From NCBI GenBank assembly GCA_040220235.1, contig JAVJTO010000065.1: a stretch of DNA of 18,329 nt, one strand, 5' to 3'. The position numbers and the translations under genes are program-made. The stretch is from Coleofasciculus sp. B1-GNL1-01 (GTDB lineage Bacteria; Cyanobacteriota; Cyanobacteriia; Cyanobacteriales; Coleofasciculaceae). The notes below the pieces were generated by a model. It saw nothing but the letters and a program-made list of their open reading frames with translations, searched no databases and was not told the DNA's origin. Positions 1 to 7,704 of this stretch are shown here, one piece after another; position 1 is the stretch's first letter, and each line of letters opens with the position of its first letter.

Positions 1-13
1 CTCCCCGTTTATG

Positions 14-41
14 GTAGAGACGCGCCATGGCGCGTCTCTAC
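14..41. repeat. GTAG-type REP palindrome
   Basis: Perfect 28-nt palindrome GTAGAGACGCGCCATGGCGCGTCTCTAC, with variants at 4361, 10633, 14931 and 17374. Confidence 0.9.
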
Positions 42-445
42 TGAAAAACCCGTTTTTTGTGGAAAAAGAATTAAACGAGGTTTATATCGTACAGAGCAGG
101 GGGTTCTCGTTCAATCTGATGTCATCGGTTACTACAATATTTTACGAAAAGCATTCCCATAAGTTTAACCGCTATGGGATAGTGAGGTGCTTAGTTCACA
201 CCAGGAGTATTAATCTCTCAATGTAAATGCGAAGTTTATTTCTGCAATGAAATTCAGTCTGTTTATATTTGACTATACTTTTACCAACTATATCCTCCCC
301 AAGGGCATTCTTATGAACTAAGAAGCGATTCGCCTCCTTCATTTTGTAAGTCAACAGATTGCCAATGATGCCAAATCCAACATCAAGGATAGAGCGATTT
401 AATCCAGCCTTTTGCTTTTTGGGCTTACCCTGGTTGACTTTACGA

Positions 446-545
446 TTGACATCCTCCCTGGCGTGAAACGCACAGGGATTCCTACCAGTCGAACAGCTCT
501 GGCTGAACGTACTCTCGGAGGGGTCAAAACTTCTCAGTCCACATT
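446..545 (-). ncRNA. Orphan IS200/IS605 right-end / TnpB omega-RNA-like scaffold; putative guide at 445-426
   Basis: Minus strand reads GGACU-GAGA-AGUU, UUGAC, CCUCC-GAG, a central hairpin, GGUAGG, GAAU, hairpin CCCUG(U)GCG-UUUCA-CGC-CAGGG, AG, GAUGUCAA. The GAAT+hairpin+TCAA end matches IS200/IS605 right-end architecture. Internal UUGAC can pair with terminal GUCAA. Confidence 0.7.
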
Positions 546-549
546 CGGC

Positions 550-556
550 TATACTA
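550..556. promoter_or_regulatory. Overlapping divergent -10-like boxes (TATACT on + toward ntrC; TAGTAT on - toward the omega-RNA-like element)
   Basis: TATACT at 550-555 lies 34 nt before ATG 590. Minus-strand TAGTAT at 556-551 lies about 6-7 nt before the 5' end of the scaffold. No clear -35 on either strand. Confidence 0.45.
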
Positions 557-589
557 AATTTTAAACGTAGTCGTTATGAGTTTATTTAT

Positions 590-1981
590 ATGTCCAACTC
601 GACCGTAGAAAATCTGGTGATTATCGGTTCGGGTCCTGCCGGTTACACGGCTGCCATTTACGCTGCCCGTGCTAACCTTAAACCCGTGATGTTTGAAGGC
701 TTCCAAGCGGGAGGACTTCCTGGCGGTCAGCTAATGACCACCACTGACGTAGAGAACTTTCCCGGCTTCCCCGAAGGGATCACAGGTCCGCAACTGATGG
801 AGCGGATGAAAGCCCAAGCCGAACGCTGGGGAACGGAGTGCTACACCGAGGATGTCACGTCTGTGGATTTGAGTCGGCGTCCTTTTATTATCCGTTCTGA
901 TGAACGAGAAGTCCAAGCCCACAGTATTGTAATTGCCACTGGTGCTACCGCCAAACGTTTAGGACTCCCCAGTGAAGACCAATTCTGGAGTCATGGGATC
1001 TCCGCCTGTGCGATTTGTGATGGTGCGACCCCCATTTTTCATGGTCAATCCTTAGCCGTGGTAGGTGGGGGTGACTCGGCTGCTGAAGAAGCGGTGTACT
1101 TAACCAAATATGGGGATCATGTACATTTATTGGTGCGCCGCGACCAACTGCGGGCATCGAAAACCATGCAAGACCGAGTGCTAAATAACCCCAATATCAC
1201 CGTTCACTGGAATACGCAGGCGGTGGACGTGTTTGGCGAAAATGGTCGGATGAGTGGAGTCAAACTCCGCAACACCCAAACGGGCGAGGAGAGCGACTTA
1301 CAGGTTAAGGGATTATTTTACGCGATCGGTCATACTCCCAACACCTCCCTGTTCCAAGGACAACTCGACCTAGATGACGTGGGCTATGTTATTACCAAAC
1401 CGGGTTCGGTTGAAACCAGTGTAGAAGGGGTTTATGCAGCAGGTGATGTGCAAGACCATGAATTTCGCCAAGCGGTTACGGCGGCGGGAACGGGCTGTAT
1501 GGCTGCTATGTTAGCTGAACGCTGGTTGTCTGCCAATAACTTGATCCAGGAGTATCACCAGAAACCCGACTCTGAACCACCAACCCAGACAACGGACGAG
1601 AAACCGACAGCAGACACAGAAGCAACCTTTGATATTAACAAGACACAGCATGTTGGCGGTTATGCCCTACGCAAACTCTTCCACGAGAGCGATCGCCTGA
1701 TCATGGTTAAGTATGTGTCACCTAACTGTGGTCCTTGCCATACCCTGAAGCCAATTTTAAATAAAGTGGTGGATGAATATGAGGGCAAAATTCACTTTGT
1801 CGAGGTCGATATTGAAGCAGAACCCGAAATTGCTGAAAATGCCATGGTTACTGGAACACCGACGGTACAATTTTTCAAAGACAAAGAAATTGTGGATCAA
1901 CTTAAGGGTTTAAAACAAAAAAGCGAATACCGTCAGATGATTGAGAAGTACCTACCTGCCAAAGTTTCAGCAGCTAGATAA
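590..1981 (+). CDS. trxB: NADPH thioredoxin reductase C (NTRC): TrxB domain fused to a C-terminal thioredoxin
   Basis: GSGPAG FAD motif, CAIC redox pair, GGGDSA NADPH motif, AAGD, acidic linker, then a Trx domain with CGPC. Confidence 0.97.
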   Translation: MSNSTVENLVIIGSGPAGYTAAIYAARANLKPVMFEGFQAGGLPGGQLMTTTDVENFPGFPEGITGPQLMERMKAQAERWGTECYTEDVTSVDLSRRPFIIRSDEREVQAHSIVIATGATAKRLGLPSEDQFWSHGISACAICDGATPIFHGQSLAVVGGGDSAAEEAVYLTKYGDHVHLLVRRDQLRASKTMQDRVLNNPNITVHWNTQAVDVFGENGRMSGVKLRNTQTGEESDLQVKGLFYAIGHTPNTSLFQGQLDLDDVGYVITKPGSVETSVEGVYAAGDVQDHEFRQAVTAAGTGCMAAMLAERWLSANNLIQEYHQKPDSEPPTQTTDEKPTADTEATFDINKTQHVGGYALRKLFHESDRLIMVKYVSPNCGPCHTLKPILNKVVDEYEGKIHFVEVDIEAEPEIAENAMVTGTPTVQFFKDKEIVDQLKGLKQKSEYRQMIEKYLPAKVSAAR

Positions 1982-1985
1982 GTTG

Positions 1986-2096
1986 CAGGACTGACGCACA
2001 AACACCAAATAGGGTAGGGAGACGATCATATCCATTTGGTCAAAAACCTACGGTGAGGCAGGGAATCAACAGTCGCGTTATCGTGTGAGTAAATGA
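1986..2096 (+). mobile_element. Degenerate copy of the CAGGACTTACGCA MITE family
   Basis: 1986-2020 matches 16721-16755 at 29/35. It contains a REP remnant GTAGG (2014) ... CCTAC (2047). The right end is decayed and its boundary is uncertain. Confidence 0.55.
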
Positions 2097-2158
2097 ACTA
2101 TCCCTGAGTTTGACGAACTCATAAGTTGGTACTCAGGGTTTGATAGAGTTAATTAGCA

Positions 2159-3109
2159 ATGAGTGCTATGACTGAATCCGTCCTTCATCAACATACGATT
2201 GAGTCCCCCGATCGCTCCCAAGCCCGGGATCGTACCCGCCGCCTGGTTTGGAAAATCGCGATCGCTACGTTGCTGTTGATGGCAGTAGGGAGTGCGACGC
2301 GGGTGATGAATGCTGGACTCGCTTGTCCGGATTGGCCCCTGTGCTATGGACAGTGGGTGCCAAGTCAGCAGATGAATTTTCAAGTCTTTTTGGAATGGTT
2401 CCATCGCCTCGATGCGGCATTAATTGGCGTCAGTACGATCGCTCTAATGGGTTTGTCGTGGTGGGATCGCCGTTTTTTACCCAAGTGGCTGCCTTGGGCG
2501 GCAACCTTTGCCTTGGGTTTAATTGTGTTTCAAGGCGTCTTGGGTGGCTTAACGGTGACCGAACTGTTACGGTTTGATATTGTGACGGCTCACTTGGGTA
2601 CAGCCTTGTTGTTTTTCTCAACCTTACTGATTATTGGTACTGCCCTGATGCCTTACAAGGGTACAGGAGCGGTTGGACGCTTACCCTGGGTGGGTTTGAC
2701 GGCAGCTATTCTGGTTTACTTACAAAGCTTGTTGGGAGGTTTGGTGGCGTCCCGTTGGGCATTACATCAATGCTTTGGTGCGTCTCAACTTTGCACCGTG
2801 ATGAATAGTCATATTGCGGGTGTAGTCCCAGCTACGTTAGTCACTTTAACCCTGGTTGTTTTGGCATGGCGCACACCTGCCCTCCATCCCCTGTTGCGAC
2901 AGTTGGCAAATCTGGCAGGTGGATTAGTAATTTTACAGATTATTCTGGGAGTGGCGACGTTCTGGTTACACCTACAGGTGGAACCCCTAACCGTGTCTCA
3001 TCAAGCTGTAGGCGCTGCATTACTGGGAGATTTGATTGTCTTTACCGTTTTGGCATTACGCGATCGCACCACTGGGTTAGCGGTAGAAAAAGTAGGTGGG
3101 GACAATTAA
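2159..3109 (+). CDS. ctaA: Heme A synthase (COX15/CtaA)
   Basis: CPDWPLC motif, EWFHR, conserved His residues, multiple TM helices, adjacent to ctaB. The start could be ATG 2168. Confidence 0.95.
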   Translation: MSAMTESVLHQHTIESPDRSQARDRTRRLVWKIAIATLLLMAVGSATRVMNAGLACPDWPLCYGQWVPSQQMNFQVFLEWFHRLDAALIGVSTIALMGLSWWDRRFLPKWLPWAATFALGLIVFQGVLGGLTVTELLRFDIVTAHLGTALLFFSTLLIIGTALMPYKGTGAVGRLPWVGLTAAILVYLQSLLGGLVASRWALHQCFGASQLCTVMNSHIAGVVPATLVTLTLVVLAWRTPALHPLLRQLANLAGGLVILQIILGVATFWLHLQVEPLTVSHQAVGAALLGDLIVFTVLALRDRTTGLAVEKVGGDN

Positions 3110-3124
3110 AGTTAACGGCGAGGA

Positions 3125-3173
3125 TTGTCATTTGTCATTTGTCATTTGTCATTTGTCATTTGTCATTCGTCAT
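3125..3173 (+). repeat. STRR heptamer tandem (TTGTCAT)x7
   Basis: Six TTGTCAT units plus one TCGTCAT. Confidence 0.95.
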
Positions 3174-3176
3174 TTG

Positions 3177-3279
3177 CTCCCTCTGCTCCCCCAGCTCCCC
3201 CATCTTCCCCATCTCCCCCAGCTCCCCCAGCTCCCCCAGCTCCCCCAGCTCCCTCAACTTCCCCCACTCCCCCACCCCT
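3177..3279 (+). repeat. C-rich nonamer tandem (CTCCCCCAG-like, about 10 units)
   Basis: Directly visible; the same family occurs at 9852, 10600 and 15435. Confidence 0.9.
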
Positions 3280-3358
3280 ACAGCATTAAAACGGCGATTG
3301 TGTCAAAGTGTTAATGATTGTATATAGTGTTTCAATAAATAAGGAATTGGTGAATTTA

Positions 3359-4342
3359 ATGATTGGGACAACTATATCCCGTCAACATGAAAACTTCCGG
3401 CAAGTGATTCAGAGCTACTACCAACTCACAAAACCTCGCATTATTCCGCTGCTGTTGATTACGACAGCCGCAGGAATGTGGATGGCATCTGAGGGGCAAG
3501 TTGATCCCTGGTTACTACTCATTACCCTGGTTGGAGGAACCTTAGCCGCTGCTTCGGCTCAAGTCCTCAACTGCATTTATGATCGCGATATCGATTATGA
3601 GATGCTACGCACCCGTAGCCGTCCAATTCCCTCAGGGCGGATACAAACTCGTGATGCCTTGTTATTCGCGATCGCTCTCGGATCTGCATCGTTTACCCTA
3701 TTAGCCGTCTTTGCCAATCTTCTAGCTGCATTATTGGCAATGTCGGGCATTCTCTTCTACATGGGGATTTACACCCACTTACTCAAACGCCATACACCCC
3801 AAAATATCGTGATTGGCGGTGCAGCCGGGGCAATTCCAGCACTGGTGGGTTGGGCGGCGGTGACGGGAGAGTTGAGTTTACCCGCCTGGTTACTGTTTGC
3901 TGTTGTCTTTTTGTGGACTCCTCCCCATTTCTGGGCGCTGGCTTTGATGATTCGCGAAGATTACGCCAAAGTCGGGATTCCCATGTTACCAGTGGTAGCA
4001 GGTGAAGAGTCTACAACCCGTCAAATCTGGGTTTACACGTTGTTAGTTGTTCCAGCGTCGCTGTTATTCATTTATCCGTTAGGAGTATCGGGTGTGGTGT
4101 ATGGTGCGATCGCGCTGGTGTTGGGTAGTATTTTTCTGCAAAAAGCATGGCAGTTATTACAAAGTCCCACCAATAACCAACTGGCACGAGGGCTGTTTAA
4201 GTACTCGATTCTGTACATGATGCTCTTATGTACTGGCATCGTGGTGGATAGTTTACCAATCACCCAGCAACTCTCGACGGCTTTAGCTGACAATTTGCAA
4301 ACCTTGGTGAGTGCGATCCCGTTTTTGCCGTTTCCGGTTTAA
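3359..4342 (+). CDS. ctaB: Heme O synthase (protoheme IX farnesyltransferase)
   Basis: LTKPRII, N..YDRDID..M.RT..RP.PSG, YT..LKR and [10 protein letters not shown] motifs. ATG 3359 is preferred over the upstream GTG. Confidence 0.96.
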   Translation: MIGTTISRQHENFRQVIQSYYQLTKPRIIPLLLITTAAGMWMASEGQVDPWLLLITLVGGTLAAASAQVLNCIYDRDIDYEMLRTRSRPIPSGRIQTRDALLFAIALGSASFTLLAVFANLLAALLAMSGILFYMGIYTHLLKRHTPQNIVIGGAAGAIPALVGWAAVTGELSLPAWLLFAVVFLWTPPHFWALALMIREDYAKVGIPMLPVVAGEESTTRQIWVYTLLVVPASLLFIYPLGVSGVVYGAIALVLGSIFLQKAWQLLQSPTNNQLARGLFKYSILYMMLLCTGIVVDSLPITQQLSTALADNLQTLVSAIPFLPFPV

Positions 4343-4360
4343 TGGGAATAACCAACTGTG

Positions 4361-4388
4361 GTAGAGACGTTGCATGCAACGTCTCTAC
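4361..4388. repeat. GTAG-type REP palindrome
   Basis: Perfect palindrome GTAGAGACGTTGCATGCAACGTCTCTAC just after the ctaB stop. Confidence 0.9.
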
Positions 4389-4469
4389 TAAATGATTCGT
4401 GCTAATCGATGTCTGAGGTTATACAATGCTAAAATTTCATCAAGCTCTTGATGCAAGAGGCTAGGAAGC

Positions 4470-4724
4470 ATGACGAAGATCGAAGTTGAACTCGACCAAA
4501 AAACCCTTGAAAGTGCCAAGCTTTTGGCAGAGTCTCGGCAAAGTACATTACCGGAACTGATTGCAGACGTTATCAAACTACTCGTCCGGCAAAAAAGAAC
4601 AAAAGATCCTTGGTTAGGATTAGTTGCTGATGAACCGGAACTTGTTGATGAGATACTTGAAGAAGCCCTAAAAAATCGGAGAGTACAGTTATTCAACGAA
4701 AAAATTGGAAAAGGCACTGCTTGA
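4470..4724 (+). CDS. Putative antitoxin (VapB-like, RHH-like N-terminus)
   Basis: 84 aa, AGGAAG RBS, overlaps the downstream PIN gene, acidic C-terminal half. Confidence 0.75.
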   Translation: MTKIEVELDQKTLESAKLLAESRQSTLPELIADVIKLLVRQKRTKDPWLGLVADEPELVDEILEEALKNRRVQLFNEKIGKGTA

Positions 4725-5124
4725 CACAGACATTGTGTCCGAAATTTTTAGGAGAATTAATCAAAGGGTTATAGCTAAAGCTACTGCTTATCGTGCTGTT
4801 TTCGGTTGCTACACAATTTCGGTTATTACCGTTATGGAGGTTGTCCAAGGTTGGCATAAACGTCAACGAGAAGATCGTGTTAACGAGTTTTTAGCTACAC
4901 TTACCTCTGAAGAGGTTTTGACACTAGAACTGCCAGATGCCGCATTAGCAGGGCGTATCTATGCGGATTTAGAACGAATAGGACAACCCATTGGTTATCC
5001 TGACTCAATGATTGCGGCGATCGCTCTACACCATAATCTTACTTTGGTAACTGGCAATTTATCTCACTATCAGCGAGTTCAAGCCTTAGGTTATCCTCTG
5101 AGGTTGGATAATTGGCGAATTTAA
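4705..5124 (+). CDS. vapC: PIN-domain ribonuclease toxin (VapC family)
   Basis: LLDTD, conserved Glu in VMEV, D..IAAIAL...LTLVTGN..H; TTG start overlaps the antitoxin. Confidence 0.92.
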   Translation: MEKALLDTDIVSEIFRRINQRVIAKATAYRAVFGCYTISVITVMEVVQGWHKRQREDRVNEFLATLTSEEVLTLELPDAALAGRIYADLERIGQPIGYPDSMIAAIALHHNLTLVTGNLSHYQRVQALGYPLRLDNWRI

Positions 5125-5152
5125 ATCGAAACGTTTAGTCTATAATTTTTCT

Positions 5153-6889
5153 TTATTTTCCGACTCGACAACGATAAAGTTTATATTTATATTCACCAGC
5201 CCATGACCCATAAGACCGATCGCGAAAACAATGCTGCGCCTCTAAATCAACGGTAGTCCGAAAATCCACTAACCATAAATCGAAGGGGCGTGGCAGTTCA
5301 GTTAACGTGTTTTGTAAGCGTGCGATCGCGTCTGTATAGGTTTGGGTTTGGGGATCGCGATCCGCTAGAAAAAATTGGGCAGATGTAGTTCTATCCGTTT
5401 CAGAATTATTCCTATCCGATAATCGTTTAAATTCCCATGCTAACCCCATCAGTCGCCCAGTTTGTCCATGATGTTTGTGAGTAGTGGCGATGAATACGGC
5501 AGATTGAGAAGCTTCTTGGATTACAGGTGCAAGCAAGTCGGGACGGTGATTTTGTAAGTACCCTAAATTCCCAATTGCGGTGAATCCTCCCATTAATCCC
5601 ATCAACCAAATCATTACCACAATGGCTTTGCCATATTTTAGTCTAGAAGCTGAATCAAATGTCACCTGCTGCCAAACTCCAGCCAGTATCCCCGCAAATA
5701 ACAGGATTACAGCCGGGAAGTAAACGAACTGAAATCGCGCCCCTAGCGTTAAGTCCATACCTAAACCGTATGTGATGCCAAAGACTAACGCGATCGCACT
5801 CCCTAAATATACCGACAAAATCTGCAAGGCTAAACGGCGATCACGAAAGTGCTGTTGGAGTTTCCAGCCATTACCGAGTCTCGGTATCAGGCTAACCACA
5901 AATAACACCGTTACGATACCGGAAATTACCACGATCCAAATCGGCAGAATAGTTGTGGCGGTGGGAAGCAAGACGATCATACTCAGCCCCCAAATAAACA
6001 GCCGTCCGATGGGTGCTAACCATTCACCAGTGAGATCCCCGTCAGCTATCCAGGCTGTGGGTTCGCTACCGTAGATACTGGATAAAGCAGGTAGCCAAAC
6101 TAAACTCCCGACAAGCGTCCCTAAAGCAACTGCATAGATACGCCGCCAATGCGATCGCACCAAACTCTGAGGATCTTTCCTTCCCTGATGCCAAGCCTGC
6201 GTCAACAGTACAACCCCTTCCGCCCAGAGGGTTAAGCTGAAAAAATAATGGGTAGCGATTCCCAAACTATTGACACCCACCCACACTAATCCCATTCCTA
6301 CTGATAACGGTTCCTCACGGTGGATACTCTGGATTGCCACAACTAAACAGGATAAAGACGCAATCACCCATAAAATCGCCAGAGTGTAGTGACGTGCATC
6401 TTGGGCGAGGAAAATTCCGTAAGGTGAAACCGCCATCATCGCGGCGGCGATTTGACCGACTAACCGAGAACCAAATGCCAAATACCCCAAACCAAATAAG
6501 CTAGGAATAGCCGTAATTCCCAATAATGCCGAGAGCGATCGCGCCCCCCATAAGGATACCAATCCGCCATCGGTACGAAAGACCTTTATCCACCAATGGG
6601 TTAAGACAAAATAAATCGGTGGATGGGTACTTTCTTGGCTTAAATGGTTGACAACTGAACTAATATCTGCATCAGCAACAGGATGCAAGGGATAGAGCAA
6701 GACATCTGAACTAATCCACTGATTCAGTGGCACGGCTTGAAAACTGTTGCCTAAACTAAAGACCATCGTGGCACATTCATCAGTCCATGGGGGTAGAGAT
6801 GCCAGACGACTCAAGCGTAGGATTGTGCCTAGGGCTATCCATAACACGAGTAGCCCAAAGTGCAACCAATGTCGTTGTTTCGGGTTCAT
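5153..6889 (-). CDS. Membrane glycosyltransferase, GT-C fold (family 39 / ArnT-PMT-like)
   Basis: W.DE motif after TM1, HPPIYF, R..SA..G, SP....AQDARHY, many TM helices. ATG 6889 is the likely start; TTG 6913 is the alternative. Confidence 0.85.
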   Translation of the reverse strand: MNPKQRHWLHFGLLVLWIALGTILRLSRLASLPPWTDECATMVFSLGNSFQAVPLNQWISSDVLLYPLHPVADADISSVVNHLSQESTHPPIYFVLTHWWIKVFRTDGGLVSLWGARSLSALLGITAIPSLFGLGYLAFGSRLVGQIAAAMMAVSPYGIFLAQDARHYTLAILWVIASLSCLVVAIQSIHREEPLSVGMGLVWVGVNSLGIATHYFFSLTLWAEGVVLLTQAWHQGRKDPQSLVRSHWRRIYAVALGTLVGSLVWLPALSSIYGSEPTAWIADGDLTGEWLAPIGRLFIWGLSMIVLLPTATTILPIWIVVISGIVTVLFVVSLIPRLGNGWKLQQHFRDRRLALQILSVYLGSAIALVFGITYGLGMDLTLGARFQFVYFPAVILLFAGILAGVWQQVTFDSASRLKYGKAIVVMIWLMGLMGGFTAIGNLGYLQNHRPDLLAPVIQEASQSAVFIATTHKHHGQTGRLMGLAWEFKRLSDRNNSETDRTTSAQFFLADRDPQTQTYTDAIARLQNTLTELPRPFDLWLVDFRTTVDLEAQHCFRDRSYGSWAGEYKYKLYRCRVGK

Positions 6890-6928
6890 GGTTGATGGCA
6901 ATTGATACACCAAGGCTTGAAGCCAAGC

Positions 6929-6965
6929 AAAAAGCGATACCTGACAAGAGTGTCTAGATATCGCT
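6929..6965 (-). terminator. Intrinsic terminator-like hairpin with U-tract
   Basis: Minus strand AGCGATATCTAGACA-CTCT-TGTCAGGTATCGC-TTTTT. Confidence 0.55.
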
Positions 6966-7119
6966 CTTTAACTGAATCAGCGAGAAGCCTCACGTCTCAC
7001 CCCAAAGGGAAGCGTGGGATGAATCGCTGGTAATGGCAATAAAAGTGACATCGCATCCCGCAGGATGGGGATCGCATTTTTCTGATTCTAGGCTGTAGAC
7101 TCGTGGGAGTCTCAGGGGG

Positions 7120-7293
7120 TTACTCTGCCTCTTCTGCCTCTTCTGCCTCTTCACCCTCAACGGCTTCACCTTCAACGGGTTCCTCAACGGCTTCTTCCCC
7201 CTCAACGGGTTCCTCTACGCCTGCATTTTGGCAAGCGCCTACACTAACTCCCAAAGCCAATACCAGCAGCAAACTCAGTAATTTCTTAGTCAT
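7120..7293 (-). CDS. Small acidic lipoprotein (57 aa), not in the ORF track
   Basis: MTKKLLSLLLVLALGVSVGA-CQNAGVEEPVEGEEAVEEPVEGEAVEGEEAEEAEEAE. It has a basic n-region, a hydrophobic h-region, lipobox VGAC and an upstream GGGGAG RBS. Confidence 0.85.
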   Translation of the reverse strand: MTKKLLSLLLVLALGVSVGACQNAGVEEPVEGEEAVEEPVEGEAVEGEEAEEAEEAE

Positions 7294-7704
7294 ACACTCC
7301 CCTTGGTGTTAAGGACTGCGTCAAATCAGACGTTATGTTAGCTTACTATAACTTTATAGTTTTAACACGATTACTGCTTTTTTCGCTTAATCCAGCAAGA
7401 ATGATCCCACTCTAAGTGATCGATAAGAGTAGTACTTCGCTACGCTGCGCTTACGCGCCGTTTGGCTAACGTAAGAGTGAAGGAAGATGTATCAGATAGA
7501 CTGGAATGACATTCACCCGCTTGTCTGACCCAGTTGTCTGAAGGTTGGTTATGATTCAGTAATGATTCAGTAAATTCTGAAGAACTACGTAGTCTAACTA
7601 AATTAGCTGCATAATTGTTAATATAGGGTTTTTTTGATGGTTTAGCCGATAAAATCAGGACAAGCCGTCAAAGTGGGTGCGGAGGATTGTTTAAGGAATG
7701 CATT

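Noticed and set aside
11..226. 71-aa ORF beginning MVETRHGASL
   Set aside because: The start is simply the translated REP palindrome; there is no RBS or recognisable domain
196..342. 48-codon minus-strand ORF (MKEANRF...)
   Set aside because: No RBS, no recognisable family, AT-rich; not a TnpB fragment
3125..3279. Possible CRISPR array
   Set aside because: Tandem 7- and 9-nt units without unique spacers; no repeat-spacer periodicity or cas genes seen in the window
2866..3327. ORFs with ICHLSFV / PQLPQL / SPSSPS repeats
   Set aside because: Translations of STRR heptamer and nonamer repeats; typical spurious ORFs
6978..7029. Possible glutamine (glnA) riboswitch
   Set aside because: Only a superficial CGATTCATC / GACGTGAG resemblance; the conserved GACGGAAGUA and GAAGGAACG elements are missing
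6990..7312. ORF-track ORFs 6990-7205 (-) and 7103-7312 (+)
   Set aside because: Shadow frames of the lipoprotein gene at 7120-7293
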